DNA from: Legionellales bacterium
GTDB lineage: Bacteria; Pseudomonadota; Gammaproteobacteria; UBA1113
DNA: 61,216 bases
Assembly: GCA_002707205.1 (NCBI GenBank)
Contig: PAMH01000022.1
Span: 277-61,492 of the forward strand
Direction: 5' to 3'
Below are positions 59,834-61,216 of the stretch, piece after piece. The translations under genes and the position numbers were made by a program. Positions within the stretch are counted from its first letter, which is position 1. Each line of letters starts with the position of its first letter. The notes under the pieces are model-generated. The model was not told where the DNA came from and made no database searches. It was given only the letters and a program-made list of their open reading frames with translations.

Positions 59834-60124
59834 TTTTTATTACAAAACAATTTTCGTAAAATGGTACCGTTGTGAGATATCGCATATTGTTTGATAAAAA
59901 TACCTTTTTGGAAATTTAATTTTTTTGACTGGATTATAGACACGAATAGTCTTAGTGCTTATTGCACCAGCTTGCATTTTATTATAATGAAATAAAACCA
60001 CATAAAAGCTTGAATATGATGCTAGCAAGGCAGTATACTTTTTATTGCAGCAATACATACCATAAGCAAATTTGTTGATGGAAGTAGCCCCATTTTAATT
60101 TCCGCTTGTTAAGAGAGAAATATT

Positions 60125-60874
60125 ATGAGAAAAGTCATCGTGATAACAGGAGCAAGTAGAGGCATCGGTGCTGCAACAGCACTACTCGCAGCAAAAAAAG
60201 ACTACGATGCTATTTGTATAAATTATCATCATAATATAGAAGCTGCTAATGAGATTGCAAATCAAATTAAAGCATTAGGGAAAGATGTTATCACTGTAGC
60301 TGCTGATATTTCGCAAGAACAATCTGTTAAAGATTTATTCTGTCAAGTTGACGAAAAACTTGGACCCATAACAGCCCTTGTCAATAATGCCGGTATATTA
60401 GATAAAAGAGCGCGCTTAGATGCTATCAGCGCTGAACGTTTAAATCGAATATTCTCAACTAACATAATGGGTAGTTTTCTTTGCGCAAAAGAAGCTATCA
60501 AACGTATGTCTACACGCTATGGTGGTCAAGGCGGTTCTATTGTTAATGTATCATCGACAGCATCTAGATTTGGATCTCCAGGTGACTATATAGATTACGC
60601 AGCATCAAAAGGTGCAATTGATACGTTTACAATAGGTCTAGCACAAGAAGTCGCTGCTGAAAATATTCGTGTCAATGCCGTGCGTCCTGGATTTATCTAT
60701 ACAGATATACATGCTGACAGTGGTTCTAATTCGCGTGTTGATGATCTTAAGTCCTCATTGCCTATGCTGCGCGGTGGTATGCCCGAAGAAGTAGCCGAAG
60801 CTATAATTTGGTTGCTATCTGATGCTGCTTCATACACTAGCCGCACATTTATTGATGTGTCTGGTGCAAGATAA
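60125..60874 (+). CDS. classical SDR oxidoreductase (glucose-1-dehydrogenase/YgfF-like)
   Basis: TGASRGIG, LVNNAGI, NVSS, YAASK, RVNAVRPG.I.T.IHA. Confidence 0.93.
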   Translation: MRKVIVITGASRGIGAATALLAAKKDYDAICINYHHNIEAANEIANQIKALGKDVITVAADISQEQSVKDLFCQVDEKLGPITALVNNAGILDKRARLDAISAERLNRIFSTNIMGSFLCAKEAIKRMSTRYGGQGGSIVNVSSTASRFGSPGDYIDYAASKGAIDTFTIGLAQEVAAENIRVNAVRPGFIYTDIHADSGSNSRVDDLKSSLPMLRGGMPEEVAEAIIWLLSDAASYTSRTFIDVSGAR

Positions 60875-61014
60875 AAAAGCAGTTAAACTATAAATTTTTC
60901 AGGCGAAAATTTTGGTTTTTGAGCAGCAAAAGATACAACTAGATTAAACAAAGTTAAGATTTTTTTGGTAAAATAAAGTGTGACTTTATGATACATGAAG
61001 CATTTTATTTATTA

Positions 61015-61216
61015 TTATGCATTGTATAATCTTTGCCATTCATTACTGGTTATCGCATAAATAGCTGAATCACGACTGGTTAAATCTCGGCGTATCATAT
61101 GATTTTTTAATATTCCTTCAAGCGGTATACCAAGTTTTTCTATTGCATTTCTAGATGGAATATTTTCAGAATCAATAGAAAATGCTATTCGCTTGAACTT
61201 CAAATCTTCAAAAGCG
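61015..61216 (-). CDS. GNAT acetyltransferase (RimJ/RimL-like), 5'-truncated by window edge
   Basis: C-terminal GNAT motif 'KRIAFSIDSEN.PSRNAIEKLG...EGILKNH......RDSAIYAI...EW'; the frame stays open to the window end. Confidence 0.85.
   Translation of the reverse strand, partial: AFEDLKFKRIAFSIDSENIPSRNAIEKLGIPLEGILKNHMIRRDLTSRDSAIYAITSNEWQRLYNA

Noticed and set aside
59840-60058. 72-aa minus-strand ORF as a gene
   Set aside because: No RBS, no recognisable motif, and AT-rich; it may be a remnant but cannot be supported.

Overview
This is an AT-rich chromosomal segment of a gammaproteobacterium, very probably Legionellales/Coxiellales-like, because it encodes a full-length orthologue of the Dot/Icm core effector AnkH/LegA3. 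The backbone is housekeeping and envelope genes: pilVWXY1, a CPA1 Na+/H+ antiporter, aceE-aceF-lpdA, rimI-prfC, ubiA, lpxL, hldE-hldD with an MCE/Mla-type ABC system, carAB, bepA/tusA/perM/phoH/bcp, fadE, and ruvB-tolQRAB-pal-cpoB-queE. No rRNA, tRNA, CRISPR array, integrase or transposase was seen. The most unusual observations are these. (1) A TraT surface-exclusion/complement-resistance lipoprotein gene sits inside the pyruvate dehydrogenase operon. (2) A lumazine synthase (RibH)-fold protein that has lost its catalytic residues is translationally coupled to a TusA-family sulfur carrier. (3) An orphan SDR ends in a canonical peroxisomal targeting tripeptide (-AKL), alongside other candidate effectors. 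(4) An ERIC-like palindromic MITE family has five full or partial copies, often just upstream of genes. (5) Two features are missing from the ORF track: a 34-aa membrane micro-protein coupled to an alpha/beta hydrolase, and a lipocalin gene fragment. All homology calls come from motif recognition by eye; no database searches were run.
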